A model generated the notes under the pieces. It saw nothing but the letters and a program-made list of their open reading frames with translations, ran no database searches and was not told the DNA's origin. This document shows positions 50,608-61,880 of a stretch of 64,000 nt of DNA, in pieces. The stretch is from Podarcis melisellensis. Its lineage: Eukaryota. The position numbers and the translations under genes are program-made. Location of the stretch: the NCBI GenBank assembly GCA_964234715.1, contig OZ174282.1, one strand, 5' to 3'. Numbering within the stretch: position 1 is the stretch's first letter; every line of letters begins with the position of its first letter.

Positions 50608-50776
50608 CAGTGGCGTAGCATGGGTTGTCAGCACCCGGGGCAAGGCAAGTAATTTGCGCCCCCTAACCTGTGGATTTGCGCCCCCTAACCCGTGGATTTG
50701 CGCCCCCTAACCCTAACCCCCAGATGTTGCGCCCGGTGTGGCCGGGCCCCCCTGCACCCCCCACGCTACGTCACTG
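50608..50776. mobile_element. hAT MITE with an internal 22-bp tandem repeat
   Basis: TIR CAGTG(G/A)CGTAGC; exact 8-bp TSD GGTGTTGA at 50600-50607 and 50777-50784. Confidence 0.9.
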
Positions 50777-53700
50777 GGTGTTGATGGAGTATTTGAGCAG
50801 TTAAGTCAACTGTAGTGTGACATGTCCAACTTGATCAGTTAGTTTTATCCCCAGGTTTTCTCATTTTGGCTGTGTGTGAATATGTTCCATTCTAAAAGGG
50901 ATGCTTCTAGCACCAACAGTTTGGGTAACAGAGAAGCGGTGGTGTGTTTTGTTTTGGCTTCATTTTTGGAGGCTGGCAAATTTAACTTGCTGCGGCGGGG
51001 AGGTGGAATCCTGGGAAAACACCAACAATAAATAAACTTCAGGATATTTTCTTTCTTTCAAACAAGATTTTTAGTTGCTGAAAGCCTTCAGGTGGTGGCA
51101 TGGGATTTTGCTCCCCCCCCCCGTCAGATCAGCCTGGCCTTGAAAAAGTAAGTCAGTTAGCAAATAATGAAACTTGTTCTCGTTCAGAGATTTATCCATT
51201 AGCTTTCCTTCCTTGCAGAATGTAGCAGGCAGCTGTGGATTCCTGTGGCCAGGAGTATGAGTTGGATTTTCATAGTGCTTTCACCACATCTGCTTAGTTT
51301 GGAATAGGGAACCTTTATTCTCATAAAGATCCACAGCAAAGTCAGTTGAGGGCCAGAGCTAATGGTCTATGGAGCTGGAGCCCAGGTGGGGCAGAATATA
51401 TTCCTCTTTCAGCAAAAGTGGAGATGTTTAGGCCACTTGATATCTGCATTGGGTGTGAATTTATTACACACAGACACACACAATTGGGTTAAATTGTACG
51501 CACACAGAGAGACATATACACATTCTGTTTTTATGAATGCAAATGTTTAAGCTGGGTTTTTTTACACACACAAATTGTTCTATGTATGTTTTTACTACAT
51601 TGCAAATCAATTCTGGATGCTTCGTGGGAAAAGATTCATGAATAAATAACAATAATATGAATTTTTATCTTGTAAGCTGCCTTTGAGTTTGCTTTTTTCA
51701 TGAAGAGGAATGGGGGGTATACATTTCTAACTAACGAAAAATATGGAGCTGTAACTTGAGGAGCAAGGTTGTACCTTGGTTAGTTCAGGCAACCCTGATG
51801 AGGCACATCTCAAAGATGTTTCTCTAATTGGCAGTGATTCATGGCAAATGGCCACTCTCTCTATATGAACAAATTCATAGGCCATTGGCTCCTGAACACC
51901 TAACCCAAGAGATATTGAAGTTCTGCTGAAAAGCCGTTTATATTTTTTTTGCAAAAAGAAGAGGAGGAGGAAATCGGAATTTAGAGTTTGTGATGAGCTC
52001 TGCCTTGCTCCCAAGCAGGAAGACCAATAGACCAGTTTTGTGTGTGTGTGTGTGTGTGTGTCTGAGAGCAAGTGGGTAAGCGAGCCCTATTAACATACTG
52101 CCCCTTTCCTTGCTTTGGACTGCCCTTCTCCATTTCTTTAAACAATGACAATACTTCCCTTTGAAGTGAACGGTCACCATGGAAACAGATTACTAAAGGA
52201 TGCAGCTAAGCATTGCCTTTAAAAAAGAAAGGGGGGGGGGGAGCAAGTAAGCGCAGCCTTTGGTGCTGGGAGCGCAGCATCAGGTTTCTGGCCTTGGGCT
52301 TAATCTCGGCGTTCTGTGGAATGGGAAGAAATTGAATGTGCGTTGCGGAGCCGTTTATGAAAGTTTGCCATGCTTGGAAGGGGAGAGGAAGGGTGGCAAG
52401 CCATTATTTTGTTGCAGAGAACGGCGCTGGGTTGTCAGATGTAATATTGCAACTCATGCTGGTTCAATTCTGGGGTTATCATTTCATGCAAGTTAACTCG
52501 GCGAAAAAGAAAGGACATTTCCCCTCTATTTCAACTCTGGTCTGCTTCTAGGCTTGCCTCAGCCACCCATGCTGGTGTTGTACCTTATTTGTGGAATATG
52601 AGAACCTCTGAGCATAAGCCCTCCAAGTGCCCCTATTTTCCAGGGACAGTCCCGGATTTACAGAAGCCGTTCTGGTTTCTGATTTGATCCTGCTTTTCCT
52701 TAGGACATCCCTGTTTTCGTCGGAGAAATGTTGGAGGGTATGTGAGCATGCGCATAAAGGCACACACAGACACAATCGCATTGCTAGGAATGCAGAACTC
52801 AGAAGGCTCACAGGGCACCTCCAGAGTATTTTTGCAGGAGGGAATCAGGCATATGCCAGAACTTCTAAAGTAGAATGAAAAGTCTTGGTCAGGGTCCAGA
52901 AACGGCTGTTTTTAGAGGGTGCAAGGTTTGTAGGCTTCTTAAGACACAAAGAGGGCAGCTCTGCACATTTTGTATCAGTTTTATACCAGTTGAACTGACA
53001 GAAGCTCCCCCCACCCCAGCACTGGGCATGTTTCCTGGGACTAACAGTCTGGTGAGATCCTAAGCTTCCTTTATGAAACTATAGTTCCCAGGGTTCCCAG
53101 GGAGACAAGTGATGACTCTTCAATCCGTTTTAAGTGTGTGTTGTAGAAATGCCCCATTGCTAATACAACTGCTACTCATGTTCCCTTCTGCAAGCTATTT
53201 TGCCCTCATTATCTTACCCTATCATTGTTGCAGCCATAATTTTAGCAGGGTTTTTGTTTCTGCTCTCTATGCATTGTGGCTGCCATCAACAGCAGTGTAA
53301 CCCACTTTTGCTTTAAATGTTCCATAATGGAAATCGGTCTCTTCCTTTGCTGAATGGCTGTGATCCTACAAGTTCACCCTGCTTATTTATTTTTACAAAA
53401 GCAAACTCGGAGTCTGACAGTAAGTGTGCTAATAATCCCTTTCTAGAAGGAGGATTAGAAGAAGGGTCAGAAAGCCAACAAAACTTTGTATTATTGACAC
53501 GGGAACAAGAGGCACGGAAACAAGATATGTGGCACCGAGTATTGACAAAAACAACTGGGCCAGTTCTTAGGAAGAGCGCCCTGCTTTGCTGATTCAGCCA
53601 GTGTGCTAAATCTGTTTGCTGAGGACTAAACAGAGCCTTCCCTTTCAGAAGAATTTCACCCAATTTCCCCCATTAGCAGAGCCTTTGTAATAATGATCCT

Positions 53701-53977
53701 CTCTGTCTTTTAAATTTATGCTCAGATCTAAATTGACTGGCAGATTACTTAAAATGCTAAGAAATAGTTCCCTGGGGAATACTGTATATTTAGTAGCATT
53801 TTTCATAGATGATTTGTTGCAGAATACTGTGACGAACTGTACATTATGTTTGTAGGAAGCTGCCTCATACCAGGCTCTTAGTCTGTTTGCCTGTCTAGGC
53901 TAGTCTTGTTTACTCTGAGTGGCAGAGTGGCAGAGACACTCCAAGCACAATCACCTGGTACCTGACCCTTGTAACTA

Positions 53978-54209
53978 CAGTGGTACCTTGGTTCTCAAAC
54001 TTAATCCATTCCAGGAGTCTGTTCGACTCCCAAAAACCAAGGCGCTGCTTCTGATTGGCTACAGGAGCTTCCTGCACTCAAGCAGAAGCTGCGTCAGACG
54101 TTCGGCTTCTGAAAAATGTTTGCAAACCAGAACGCTTACTTCTGGGTTCACGGTGTTTGGGAGCCAAAATGTATGAGTACCAAGGCGTTCGAGAACCAAG
54201 GTACGACTG
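53978..54209. mobile_element. Second Tc1/mariner MITE family; also 50332-50563 and a partial copy from 44168
   Basis: TIR CAGT(G/C)GTACCTTGGTT, TA TSD, different internal sequence. Confidence 0.8.
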
Positions 54210-54279
54210 TAGAGATGTTGGGGATTAAACCTGGCATTCTTTGCTAGCCCAACCATAGGATTAAGCTGCTGGTGCAGAT

Positions 54280-54405
54280 TGTTGTTGTTGTTTAGTCGTT
54301 TAGTCGTGTCCGACTCTTTGTGACCCCATGGACCAGAGCACGCCAGGCACTCCTGTCTCCCACTGCCTCCTGCAGTTTGGTCAGACTCATGTTTGTAGCT
54401 TCAAG
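54280..54405 (-). mobile_element. BovB-type RTE LINE 3' tail
   Basis: GTTGTTGTTTAGTCGTTTAGTCGTGTCCGACTCTTTGTGACCCCATGGAC is the reverse complement of a BovB 3' end with a (CAA)n tail. Confidence 0.85.
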
Positions 54406-54413
54406 AATACACT

Positions 54414-54418
<5 letters not shown>

Positions 54419-54486
<68 letters not shown>

Positions 54487-54543
54487 GTAAATTGGGTTTG
54501 GAAGGGATTTGAAAGAGATAATAAGATCATATACAGTTTAGAG

Positions 54544-54590
<47 letters not shown>
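54419..54590. repeat. (CT)n and (TA)n microsatellites
   Basis: Directly visible at about 54419-54484 and 54548-54591. Confidence 0.95.
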
Positions 54591-54593
<3 letters not shown>

Positions 54594-55413
54594 CACAGCC
54601 TAACTTCTCCCACATTCTGCTTCCCTACTGAGTATGAGGTTTAAGAAAAGCAATTCCACTGGCTCCCGCATTAATTCCAATTGTCTCCAAGTTTTAAATT
54701 TGCACAGTGTGTGGTGTGAGAGATGTGTCATTTTGGAAGGATGAGCACCTTTTCAGATATATGGAAATATTTTTCAATGGTCTGTTTGAAACCAGTGGGG
54801 TGCAGGCGGAGTGTGTAGGAATTGGATTATAAACTAGGCCCCCATGAATGGGAATACATAAAAGACTTTTTTGTTGTTGCAGTCTCTCTGCACATTCCAT
54901 GAAACGTGGGCCACGGGGCAGGCAAGGAACAGCCAGACTCTTTCAGCAAGATCTGTTGGTCACATTGCTCTGCGACGCTATGAGCACCCACAAGAGTTTG
55001 GCTCTTCGGACGTCCTCCCACGAGCAGTGTCTTCTGATTTAAAGCAATCTACCAGGAGAAGGCTTGAAGCTCAGTGGCAAATCTCCTACTTTGCAAACCA
55101 AAGACCTCGGGTTCGATCCATGGGATCTGGAGAAATAGTTCACAAAGACCCCTGTTTGATATCCCAGGAAGTCTCTGCCCATGAATGAAGGCAAAACTGA
55201 GCTAGATGAACCAACAATCCTGTTCCGTATAAGACAGCCTCCTGTATTCCTCAGGGAATTCATGCAAGCTTGCTTTTCGGTGTGGAAAGAGTTCCCATAT
55301 TTTCATAAGGAATAAAGTCAGTGTTCCTTGGCTCCTGCACACACATGAAAAATAGCAATGAATTTTTGATTTCAGCATATGTGTCCAGCAGTAATATTTT
55401 CTATACCAAACGT

Positions 55414-55560
55414 GAATCATAGAGTTGGAAGGGACCCTGAGGGTCATTTAGCCTAACCCACTGCAATGCAGGAACCCTGCCCTCAGCCATCCCCAGGTGG
55501 ACTTGAACCACCAACTTTCTGGTTAATAGCCATATGCATGGACCCACTGCGCCAAGAGAT
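55414..55560 (-). mobile_element. SINE with tRNA-Asn-like head and CR1 3' tail
   Basis: Minus strand ATCTCTTGGCGCAGTGGG...GGCTATTAACCAGAAAGTTGGTGGTTCAAGTCCACCTGGGGATG, then the CR1 tail. Confidence 0.75.
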
Positions 55561-56484
55561 GAAATCTGGCCCAACCCTATTTGTAATACTGAAGTATGCC
55601 ATCCAGCCAGGCCTAATATACCTTGGGTTACAAACGCCTCAGGTTACAAACTCCGCTAACCTGGAAGAGTTACCTCAAGCTGAGAACTTTGCCCTAGGAT
55701 GAGAATGGAAATTGTGTGCCAGTGGCGCAGTGGTAGCAAGAGGCCCCATTAGTGAAAGCATACCTCTAGTTAAGAACAGTTTCAGGTTAAGAACGGACCT
55801 CCAGAATGAATTAAGTTCGTAACTAGAGGTACCACTTTACATGAGTGGTAATCTCTGAAAACATAGGAGGCTGTCAGACCTCTTATAAAGCTAGTCAGTG
55901 TTGTCTACACTGAGCAGCAGTAGCAGCAGCAGATCCCCAGGGTTTCAGTCAGGGGTATTTCCCAGTCTTGGGGGTGGTTGTAGGACCTTGTGGGTGGAAA
56001 GAATGGGTCCTGCCACTAAACTTCAGCCCCTTCCACTAACAGAATTGTGCCTGCAGCCCAGAGCTATCTTGGAAGAACCTCTCTTTTTTCTAATACTGTA
56101 CTCCAAGGTTCTCGAGGAAGCAGGAGATTTGCAGTTCCACTTGCAGTGCAGGCTTCTGTAGCCTCTGCGGTGCCAAGGAAGGGGATGCCTGACAAGTCAG
56201 GGCACATTGGAGAAATGGGTTTATTTTAATTTGTCATCATCGCTCTGTTTCTTTTTAGACTTGGCAAATTCTGGCATGCAAGAGATGAGAGAGGCAAAGC
56301 TAGGAGAGGAAATGAGGCACCTAATACCTGACAAATGAGAAGTTCAGGTTTTATCAGATGTGATTCATCGTGGAGGGAACAGGAGCCTCTGCCTCCCTAA
56401 GGACACAACAGCCGTTGTGATGATGGTGAAGGGAGAAAATCAGCCCTGTAATGGCAGCAGCAGATTGGAAGTTGACCTTATGTA

Positions 56485-56730
56485 CAGTGGTACCTCAGGT
56501 TAAGTACTTAATTCATTCCGGAGGTCCGTACTTAACCTGAAACTGTTCTTAACCTGAAGCACCACTTTAGCTAATGGGGCCTCCTGCTGCTGCCTCGCCG
56601 CCGGAGCACGATTTCTCTTCTCATCCTGAAGCAAAGTTCTTAATTTGAAGCACTATTTCTGGGTTACAGAGTCTGTAACCTGAAGCGTATGTAACCCAAC
56701 CCGAAGCGTATGTAACCCGAGGTACCACTG
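56485..56730. mobile_element. Tc1/mariner MITE, same family; degraded copy at about 55617-55838
   Basis: CAGTGGTACCTC TIRs, TA TSD. Confidence 0.88.
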
Positions 56731-57454
56731 TACATTCATTCCCACCCAAAGGAGGGGATGTGGTTGTGTGAGCAGCTTGTGTCCAGGCTGCATCTGCAGT
56801 GGATGAAAGCAGCTGGCTTTGGATGTGTCCCCACTTTGCAAAAGGGACATATCAAATGGCCCACCTTACAGAAGATGAAAGCTGTAAAACAACGTTGCAA
56901 ATTAAATTAGTAGCAGCCAGTTCAGCATAGCCTTCCCTCGCGAGGATTTGCTAATTTTCTGCCCTCGAGAGGTGCCTAAATTGCAAGGAGGTTGTTTTTT
57001 AAATGGTTCTGTTTCTAACAATTTTCATTGCTGTAAACTGTCTTGGGTGACTTCTTTTGATAACCCTGCTGTATTAATTAACAAAAGAAAATGAATTAAT
57101 GACATCTGCTAGCTCTGTAGGCTAGGAAACTCCTGCTTGCACTTTTTTATTATTTTAAAGAAAAGGGGGCAAAGCATCTACTTTGCATGCAGAAGATCCC
57201 AGATCTCCAGGTAGGGTTGGGAGAACCTCCCTGTCTGAAATCTGGGAGAGCCACTGCCGATCAGTCTAGACACAGAGCTGAGCAAGAAGGACCAGTGGAT
57301 CTGACTTTCTATAAGGCAATTTTCTAGGTTCCTATGTTGTTCTTCAATGCAGTGTGATTAACAGCAGGGGAGTATTAGTTGGCTTCTAGGCAGAGTAAGT
57401 GGCTGTGTCTCAAAATCCTTGTAGGATTTTTTACATTGTAAGAAGAGCAAGTTT

Positions 57455-58180
57455 TTTTTTAAATTATTGGTTTTTAACATACAAAATTATAAAACATACC
57501 ACACAATTTATCACAAATACATTCTTATTGGACTTCCATCAGCACCTCTGATAATCCTCTGTCTTAATCACTTCTTACACATTTCCTAACTTAAGAATGC
57601 CTTTGCATTCTTAACATATCACGTCTCCTTCTCCATTTTTGCAATATTTCTAATATTATTCCTCACAGAGCTTCTTGCAAACCTACAAACGTCGTCTGAT
57701 CGTCACAAATACTTTTCAAATAATCCGTAAATTTACTCCAGTCCTCGGTAAACTTCTGGTCCCACCGGTTTCGGATCCTTCCCATTAGTTTGTCAAGTTC
57801 TGCATAGTTTATTAATTTCATCCTCCATTCTTCCATCATTGGTAATTCTTCTTGCTTCCATTTTTGGGCCAATAGTATTCTTGCTGCTGTTATTGCATAT
57901 AGAAAAAGCTTACATTCCTTTCTATTTATATCGTTTCCAACAATACCCAAGAGAAATGCTTCTGGATTCTTTATAAATGTATATTTCAACATTTTTTTCA
58001 ACTCATTATATATCATCTCCCAGAAGCCTTTCACCTTTTTACATTCCCACCACATGTGATAAAATGTTCCCTCTTTTTCCTTACATTTCCAACATTTATT
58101 ACTGACTTTATACATTTTTGCTAACTTCACTGGTGTAATATACCATCTATACATTATTTTCATGACATTTTGTAGAATTC
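57455..58180 (-). mobile_element. 5'-truncated L1-clade LINE (ORF2 C-terminal CCHC region, 3'UTR, poly-A)
   Basis: YRWYITP...CWKC...HMWWEC; flanking direct repeat TTTTACATTGTAAGAAGAGCAAGTTT at 57429-57454 and 58181-58206. Confidence 0.92.
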
Positions 58181-59031
58181 TTTTACATTGTAAGAAGAGC
58201 AAGTTTGTTTTGAAGGGGAACAGGAGGGTTGCATAAGAGAAGCCTGGCAGATGTTTGACTGTGTCAAGCTCTTATCCATGGTCTGAAGGTGAATTCTGGG
58301 AAGGACTGCCTTGCAAATAATGCACCTGCCAGCTTTGCTATCTGTTGGAGGGCACTTCTCAGATAGTGTGAATCACCAACAAACACAAAAGTTGGGCCTC
58401 AGAAGGATTTTTATCTTCACAGTGGGTCATTCCAAGAAGGGAAGGGGACTGGTGAGCACACAAGTCTTTCCCAGTCAGCTCCTTCCAGCAGGAAGCGACC
58501 TCTGTTTTTCATGGATGATGTTTCCACGGAGAAAGAGGTCAAGAACGAACTGTGGCCTTTTCAGCATTTCTGTTTTTTTAATAATGAAAGTAAAACCTCT
58601 TAGCACAATAGCTCTTGGGACCTATCAGTCTGAACTTGGGGAAGGTTTCCTGAAGGTGCTGATAACTTTGTGGTTTTGCCTGGCCCTAATAAAGATAACG
58701 TCATACTCCAGCTGTTGCCAGCACGTTATGAAACTTGAGCATGATTGTTGGATGAAAATGGGTGGGGTTATGTAGAGTTTGTCATTGCCATTACTACTTC
58801 TAGTGGGAAGCCTGCCCATATTAGGTATCTTCAGGCGTTCATCGCAAAAGGAGCCTGTGGGAGCATGAGGGGCTAACTCTGGCTAGGATTCCAGTCCCTG
58901 TGCTGGAAACTCTTTTTGCAATTAAGATGGCTTCCTGCAGGCTCACACAATTCTGCATTGGTTTGGAAGTACATTGAGACTGTGGGTTATGTCCAGCATT
59001 AGTCCTATTTAGAGCAGACACATTTGAATAA

Positions 59032-59507
59032 TTTAAGAAGGATATTGACAGTTTAAGAAGGATATTGGTGAGCTGGAACATGTGCAGAGCAGGGTGACCA
59101 ATATGGTAAAGTTTCTGGAAGCCAAGCCTTGTGAGGAACAGTTGAAGGAGTTGGGTATGTTTAGCCCGAGAGGCGATGTGATAGTCATCTTCAAATATCT
59201 GAAAGGACGTCACATAGATAATGGAGCAAGCTTGTTTTCTGCTGCTCCAGAGAGTAGGATCCAAACCAATGAATTCAAATGACAAGAAAGCAGATTCTGA
59301 CGAAACATTAGGAAGAAATTTCTGAAGGTAAGAGCTGTTTGGCCATGGAATGAGCCACCTCAAAAGGTGGTGGACTCTCCTTCACTGGAGGTTTTTGAAC
59401 AGAGGTTGGATGGCCATCTGTCAGGGATTATTTAGCTATGATTCCAGCAGTGCAGGGGGTTGGACTAGATTACCCTTCGGGTCCTTTCCAACTTTATGAA
59501 TCTATGG
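59032..59507 (+). mobile_element. CR1 LINE 3' fragment
   Basis: FKKDI..LE.VQ.R.T.MV...EEQLKELGMFS..RGD.I.IFKYLKG, and a 3' end ...GTCCTTTCCAACTTTATGAATCTATG. Confidence 0.9.
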
Positions 59508-59581
59508 ACACAATTAACTTAGGTCCACTGATTTCAGTGAGTCCGCTTTGAGTGGAACTTAATTGGCTGCAGTTCTTAATA

Positions 59582-59809
59582 TAGTGGTACCTCGGGTTAA
59601 GAACTTAATTCGTTCTGGATGTCCGTTCTTAACCTGAAACTGTTCTTAACCTGACGTACCACTTTAGCTTATGGGTTCTGTTGCACTGCTACTGTGCCGC
59701 CGCCGCACGATCTCTCTTCTCATCCTGAGGTAAAGTTATTAACCCGAGGTACTGTTTCTGGGTTAGCGGAGTCTGTAACCTGAAGCGTCTGTAACCTGAG
59801 GTACCACTG
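59582..59809. mobile_element. Tc1/mariner MITE, same family
   Basis: (C/T)AGTGGTACCTC TIRs, TA TSD. Confidence 0.85.
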
Positions 59810-61880
59810 TACACATCTTATCTTTGCTCCTGTTGCCTTTGAGACTTCTAGCTTTTAAACTGTTTTCACGGATGGGGCCCAATGTTGTTTGTTTTAGTTG
59901 TTATTATTGTTGTGTGTAAGTAATAGAGCCTGATTTTAAGCCATCTTGGCTATTTTCTGCAAAAGCTGTATATAAATCTTGATGATAGATAAAATAATTA
60001 AAGCACTTTCACCCTCCTCAATTGGATAGCCCTGCGGTTCCAACCCAACACAGGGGTGTCTCTGCAAACACAGCCCCCTGACCTTGGTTTCACAATCAAA
60101 TAGCTCTTTTTGGAGAGCAGAGATTGGGTTTAACCCGCACGGCCACGTATCCTAGGAAACAGGCTGTGTAGCTTAGAACTATGGAGTTTGACTCTCAGAA
60201 GGAAGGAGCTGTGCTAGGAATGCAAAGAAGAAGCTGTTAATTTCTGTCAAGATTTAGGAATAATTTTAAAGTAAAGAATCTGACAGGGCGACAGGCTCGC
60301 TCTTTTTGTCAGCTGCGCTAACAACTGCGAGAGATGGCGTGAAATTTGATGAACTCCATTTGAGCCCGGGAGACAGAAATAATTCAGACTCTAATTCCTC
60401 TTTCCCCACTGTCTTGCTTGGGGGCTGGGAGGTGAATGATGAGGGTTTTTGCAGGATGAGGACTCTGGGAATGGTCTCAATGGTATCACTAGGAATGGGT
60501 GAATATGATGATTTTGGTTTCCCATTTTCCCATTCATAGACTCAGTTCTCATTTCCACATCAGCTTCCTCATGAAAATTCTTCAGCATTCTATTGTGAAT
60601 TTATCCTAATATGCACATTTTTGTATGCAATTTCCCCAAATACAATCCATTATTGTATGCATGCATTTGTGCACTGTACCCTGCTGTATCTATTTTTGTA
60701 ATATGGATTCAGAATTGCATAGCAAAATTCAGATAAGTGTGAACTTTGCAGGATGGCTGTGTCTCAATTTCCATATTGCTTTTGCAAAGTGTGAATCAGG
60801 TAGATTTGCCTTTTAAATGTTAACTGGATTGAATTTCTACCCCTTGTTTAGGTAAAACTTGTTCGGGTTAAAGACTGTAGCAGAATCAGATTAGGGATTT
60901 CTGTAGCAGAGATCAAAATGAGATATGATAAGGTTTGTCCCTTTTTCACTGAGCTGCTGTTGCCCAGGAGGTATTCCCTAAAAAAGAGTTTGCAGTTTTA
61001 GCCATCAGAGAGGCCATGATTGAGAAATAAATAAGGCCTTACGCAGAAGGATCACAGATGGGGATTACAAGGTTAGGGACCAGAACCAAGTAGTGAAATT
61101 AGATAAATAATAATCGGAGCAGAGCATCAAAACCAGATTCACATCCCGAGAATGAAAAGGATATGAGACTTATAAGTTAGGTAAGCTCGAAGGATAAAAA
61201 GCTCAGGCGTGCACGGGCCAGTGGTGTGAGTGTTATGAGTGAGCTTGAATCTCCTTCCACTTTACACATGAGGCTGGCAGGATGGAAATAACGTTAAGAA
61301 CAGCTAAGAAATTGAATGTGAAGGATGGTTGTGATGGTATGGAAACACAGCAGGTAGGATACGTTGCCTGAGAGTGTGAAGAGTAAATGTTCAAGTCTTC
61401 ACACTGCCATAAATTCATTTACAAGTGGGAGCTGTAACAAAACGTTGCAGTGTGGGGTGCTTCACTTCAGGGTTCCAAGTAGTCACATTCTGCCCCCCCC
61501 CCCCTCACAAAAAGCCCCAGTCAGTCAGCATTTCATGAACTTTGTCCTCCTTGTGCTATTTTGTTTGGGGTGTGTGTGTTCCAGCTTCTTCCAGTTTTCC
61601 TCCAACAGATTTTGTTTTGTGTACTTCTGCAGACCTTGACATTTTTTCAAGCTTGCCAATAGATCACTCTTGTACATGGGCAATTCTATTTTGTCTACAT
61701 AAGCAACATCACCCACAGACCGGACACCGGAAGTAGCAGGAACCATGTTCTCTTAGCATTCAAAATTTCCACTTCTGCCATATGAGGGACGATAAGGATG
61801 ACCTTACAGGATTGTTTATAAGCATTATTGAGATAATGTATTACATTATCACTGCTTGTGGTATTACAGGCTCTACTTCT

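Noticed and set aside
50652-50719. Short direct repeats as a CRISPR-like array
   Set aside because: No unique spacers and a vertebrate context; it is a minisatellite inside a MITE.
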